From Clostridia bacterium (lineage in GTDB: Bacteria > Bacillota > Clostridia > JAAYHZ01), in contig JBMNIH010000004.1 of NCBI GenBank assembly GCA_050950825.1, positions 160,001 through 224,000 on the forward strand: a DNA stretch of 64,000 nucleotides, in the 5' to 3' direction. A program made the translations under genes and the position numbers. This document shows, one piece after another, positions 61,032 to 64,000 of the stretch. The notes under the pieces were generated by a model. The model worked only from the letters and a program-made list of their open reading frames with translations. It was not told the origin of the DNA and searched no databases. Position 1 is the first letter of the stretch; each line of letters starts with the position of its first letter.

Positions 61032-62969
61032 ATGTCGAAGAACATAATACGTCTGCTGAGCGTGTTCGTATTAATTGGTGTGATGTTCTCGATGATTGCA
61101 TGCTCCAGCTCAACCGAAACCCCGGATGTGACGACCACAACCGCAGCTGCAACCACGACAACAAAAGCCGCTGTTACGACTACGGCAGGGCAAACGACGA
61201 CAGCTGCTGCGACAACTACCCAAGCTGTAGAAACAAATCCCTTTGCCGAATTCTTTGAAATCACGTGGATCGCTACGATTACAACGGATTACGTCGAAGG
61301 TGGATTTGACGAAAAGATGTTAGAAGAAAGATATAACATCGACTTGCAACCTTGGGCTATCAGTACGTACGATCCGGAAGGAATCGCCATGATGTTGGCG
61401 GCAGGTGATATGCCTGATATCAGCCACTTGGACCACTCTCCCTTAGCGCCCCCCGCGTTGTACGAACAAGGTCTTACTCGTCTGGTTAACATCGAAATGT
61501 ACAAGAAATATTTCCCCTACTATTATGAATTGATGTTGCAGAACGAACCGACTTCGATTATTCATAACAACTGCAGAAACGAAGACGGCAGCTTGTCCGA
61601 TAACTTCTTTGGAGTCTCCTATGTTGTAGACAACAAATGGTATTATAACGTTCCCTTGGCTCGTTACGACTGGTTGGAAAACATCGGATTCAGCATCGAC
61701 GAAAGCTTGCTGACCCCGATTCAGTTGACCGACGAAAAACTGGGTAAATACAGCGGACAAGTGTACATAACCAGTTATATTTGGAGCTTCGAAGATATGA
61801 ACGAAATCTTCAGAGCTTTCACCGAAGACGACCCGGACGGAAACGGTGAAGACGATACCTACGGCGGTGTCATATTTGACCACAGCTTCCGTTCTCACTG
61901 GACGGATCTTTGGTGGGGACAATTCGGTGTCGTTTCCTCCGACGGAAACTTCCTGTATGAAGACTCCGTCACGGGTGACATCGTTCCTTGGTACGCTTTT
62001 GTAGGATACAGAGACTACATGAAGTGGGTTGTTGACATGAGAGACAAAGGATATCTGAGAACCCTGCCGGAAGGATTCCAGAGCTTGGCGCCGCAAGGTT
62101 CTTGGTATGACAACCTGTTGGCGAACTGGATGACCGGTAAGATCGGATACTTCTTCTGCGACAGACAATACATCTGCAGACCGGACTTCCCCGAATACTC
62201 CGACAGACAACCGCCGCAGAGCATCTGGCTCAATGCAGGCGACGAATCGGCGACCTTCGTAACATGGCCGGTATTAGGAAACGCTTACGGTTGGGAACCG
62301 AACAACAAGTGGGGAACGAGAAGATACAATATGGACGCTTTCGGTTCGGGTACCTTCAGAACCTGGTTGGTAGGAAAACAAGTTTCCGATGAAAAGCTCG
62401 CTCGCGTTTTGACCATGTGGAACGACGCGAACTCTTCTCCTATCGACGATCCTTACTGGTCGGTTGTACGTTTCGGTATTGAAGGCGTTCACTACAAGTG
62501 GACAGGCGAACCTTGGAACTCCAGCCGAATCACCACCGAAGCGACCAAGATTCCTCCGCACTACAGAAGCTACGGCGGATTCATCGGAATATTCAGCTCC
62601 GGCGGACCGAACTTAATCGGTAACGAAGCTATGTCTCAATACACAAAGATCCTGTACAGCGAAGAATGGTACAAATACTACTGTATCGAACCGATCAAGT
62701 ACTGGAGCTCCGCATATGTTCCCGACGATATGATGAAGGAATTCAATGATTACTGGGCTACAATCAGTGCCGATATCAACAATATCATTGCCGACTTCCG
62801 CAATCGTTCTTGGAACGGACAGATCGCCAACTACGAAACCGAATGGGAACAATACATCAACCGCTTGTATGATGCAGGTCTTGACAAGCTTGTTTCGGAC
62901 TTCTACAACAACGACAAATTTGCATACTACAAGACTCCCGATTTGAACATCATTTGGCCGACAAATTAA
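61032..62969 (+). CDS. Large solute-binding lipoprotein, tandem copy B
   Basis: Same length (645 aa) and near-identical mature domain to copy A. Confidence 0.85.
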   Translation: MSKNIIRLLSVFVLIGVMFSMIACSSSTETPDVTTTTAAATTTTKAAVTTTAGQTTTAAATTTQAVETNPFAEFFEITWIATITTDYVEGGFDEKMLEERYNIDLQPWAISTYDPEGIAMMLAAGDMPDISHLDHSPLAPPALYEQGLTRLVNIEMYKKYFPYYYELMLQNEPTSIIHNNCRNEDGSLSDNFFGVSYVVDNKWYYNVPLARYDWLENIGFSIDESLLTPIQLTDEKLGKYSGQVYITSYIWSFEDMNEIFRAFTEDDPDGNGEDDTYGGVIFDHSFRSHWTDLWWGQFGVVSSDGNFLYEDSVTGDIVPWYAFVGYRDYMKWVVDMRDKGYLRTLPEGFQSLAPQGSWYDNLLANWMTGKIGYFFCDRQYICRPDFPEYSDRQPPQSIWLNAGDESATFVTWPVLGNAYGWEPNNKWGTRRYNMDAFGSGTFRTWLVGKQVSDEKLARVLTMWNDANSSPIDDPYWSVVRFGIEGVHYKWTGEPWNSSRITTEATKIPPHYRSYGGFIGIFSSGGPNLIGNEAMSQYTKILYSEEWYKYYCIEPIKYWSSAYVPDDMMKEFNDYWATISADINNIIADFRNRSWNGQIANYETEWEQYINRLYDAGLDKLVSDFYNNDKFAYYKTPDLNIIWPTN

Positions 62970-63016
62970 CGATTAAATACGAAATTAAATTTGACGCTTA
63001 GATACATTCAATATAT

Positions 63017-63054
63017 AACCGTACCGGAAGCTTTCCGCAGTACGGTTCTTTTTT
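63017..63054 (+). terminator. Intrinsic terminator
   Basis: AACCGTACCGGAAGCTTTCCGCAGTACGGTT-CTTTTTT. Confidence 0.75.
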
Positions 63055-63121
63055 GCTCTTTTATCGAAGGCTTTTTTCCGGTATCATGGGCTTATACGAA
63101 TGAAAAATAACAAAAGGAGGT

Positions 63122-63352
63122 ATGATCATGCCTGACTATTCTTTGATTTGCACGGAGTGTGAAGAAAAATTTTCGTTTTTCGGAACTTGGAAAGAACGCC
63201 AAAAGGTCGTTTGCCCGAAATGCGGGTCTTCAAAAATCGAGCAAGTGTTTTCCGCGGAAGGCAGGGTAGGGCTACGACAAATTCATAAAACGAAAGAACA
63301 AAGCTGTCCCATGTCCCAAGGCGGGGGATGTGCCGGATGTAAATTTCGATAA
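63122..63352 (+). CDS. FmdB-family zinc-ribbon protein
   Basis: MPDYSLICTEC...CPKCGS...CAGC; AAAGGAGG RBS. Confidence 0.85.
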   Translation: MIMPDYSLICTECEEKFSFFGTWKERQKVVCPKCGSSKIEQVFSAEGRVGLRQIHKTKEQSCPMSQGGGCAGCKFR

Positions 63353-63451
63353 AGACAAAGCAAGAGCATGGACCGATTTTCCTTCTCTTGAATTTTTCGC
63401 TTCCTTCTTATATACTTTACATTTAGTATTGTAAAGATAGGAGGCAACGGT

Positions 63452-64000
63452 ATGGAAAAAACAGAAGAAGTTCATGCTTTAAAGGCAATTGTAAAAGACA
63501 ATATATTATTAACCGACGGTGCCATGGGAACCTATTATGCCGTGCAGCATAACGGGTATCCCATGTCGGAATTTGAAAATATCGAGCATCCGGAAATAAT
63601 AAGAGGGATTCATCTTGCTTACGTGGAAGCAGGAGCAAAATTATTACGTACCAACACATTTGCCGCGAATTGCAAAACGTTAAATACCCAAGCCGACGAG
63701 CTTATAAAAATCATCAAAGCCGGCTACCGAATCGCCCGAGAAGCGGCGGCGGATCGAGACGTTTTTGTTGCCGCGGACATCGGCCCTATCCCCGAGAACA
63801 CGGATCCTGCACCGGGGCCGGGGAATGAAAAAAACAGATTCGACGAATATATCGAAATAATCGACGCCTTTTTGGAAGAAGGAGCGCGGATTTTCTGGTT
63901 TGAAACCTTTGGAAAACCCGACGATATTGAATTTTGTGCCGAGTACATCAAAAAGGCTTGTCCCGTCTCATTTATAAACGCCCAATTTGCATTTGACAGT
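63452..64000 (+). CDS. Homocysteine S-methyltransferase domain protein (YitJ/MetH-like); 3' end runs off the window
   Basis: Hand-translated: LLTDGAMGT...HPEIIRGIHLAYVEAGAKLLRTNTF...ADIGP...FETF; AGGAGG RBS. Confidence 0.88.
   Translation, partial: MEKTEEVHALKAIVKDNILLTDGAMGTYYAVQHNGYPMSEFENIEHPEIIRGIHLAYVEAGAKLLRTNTFAANCKTLNTQADELIKIIKAGYRIAREAAADRDVFVAADIGPIPENTDPAPGPGNEKNRFDEYIEIIDAFLEEGARIFWFETFGKPDDIEFCAEYIKKACPVSFINAQFAFDS

Noticed and set aside
56989-62969. Diversity-generating retroelement (TR/VR pair)
   Set aside because: Both copies are full genes, differences are not adenine-specific, and no reverse transcriptase is present.

Overview
Chromosomal segment of a low-GC Bacillota (Clostridia-like) bacterium. 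It carries about 45 genes: LysM/deacetylase, an FecCD-type ABC transporter, CoA-disulfide-reductase and sulfite-reductase-like genes with a LysR regulator, xpaC-telA, nfo, a degenerate PAS-GGDEF-HD-GYP protein, GH2, SLH plus O-antigen ligase, an ECF sigma factor, loaP and MATE. Four intact large Thr-linker solute-binding lipoproteins and one decayed SBP-like gene occur without cognate permeases. Five complete IS copies from three families have readable ends and target duplications. No CRISPR array, rRNA or tRNA was seen. Best candidates for undescribed biology: (1) a c-di-GMP-I ON-riboswitch controlling an XRE regulator that is divergent from an operator-covered promoter driving a ~190-nt ORF-less RNA with an exposed anti-Shine-Dalgarno loop; (2) an atypical IS30-like element (13-bp target duplications, Cys-rich transposase insertion, passenger ORF, internal IR-like repeats) whose two copies both sit 35-36 bp upstream of a sigmaA -35 box in the same orientation; (3) tandem near-identical lipoprotein genes with a gene-conversion-like pattern. 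All calls come from reading the sequence by eye; no database searches were run.
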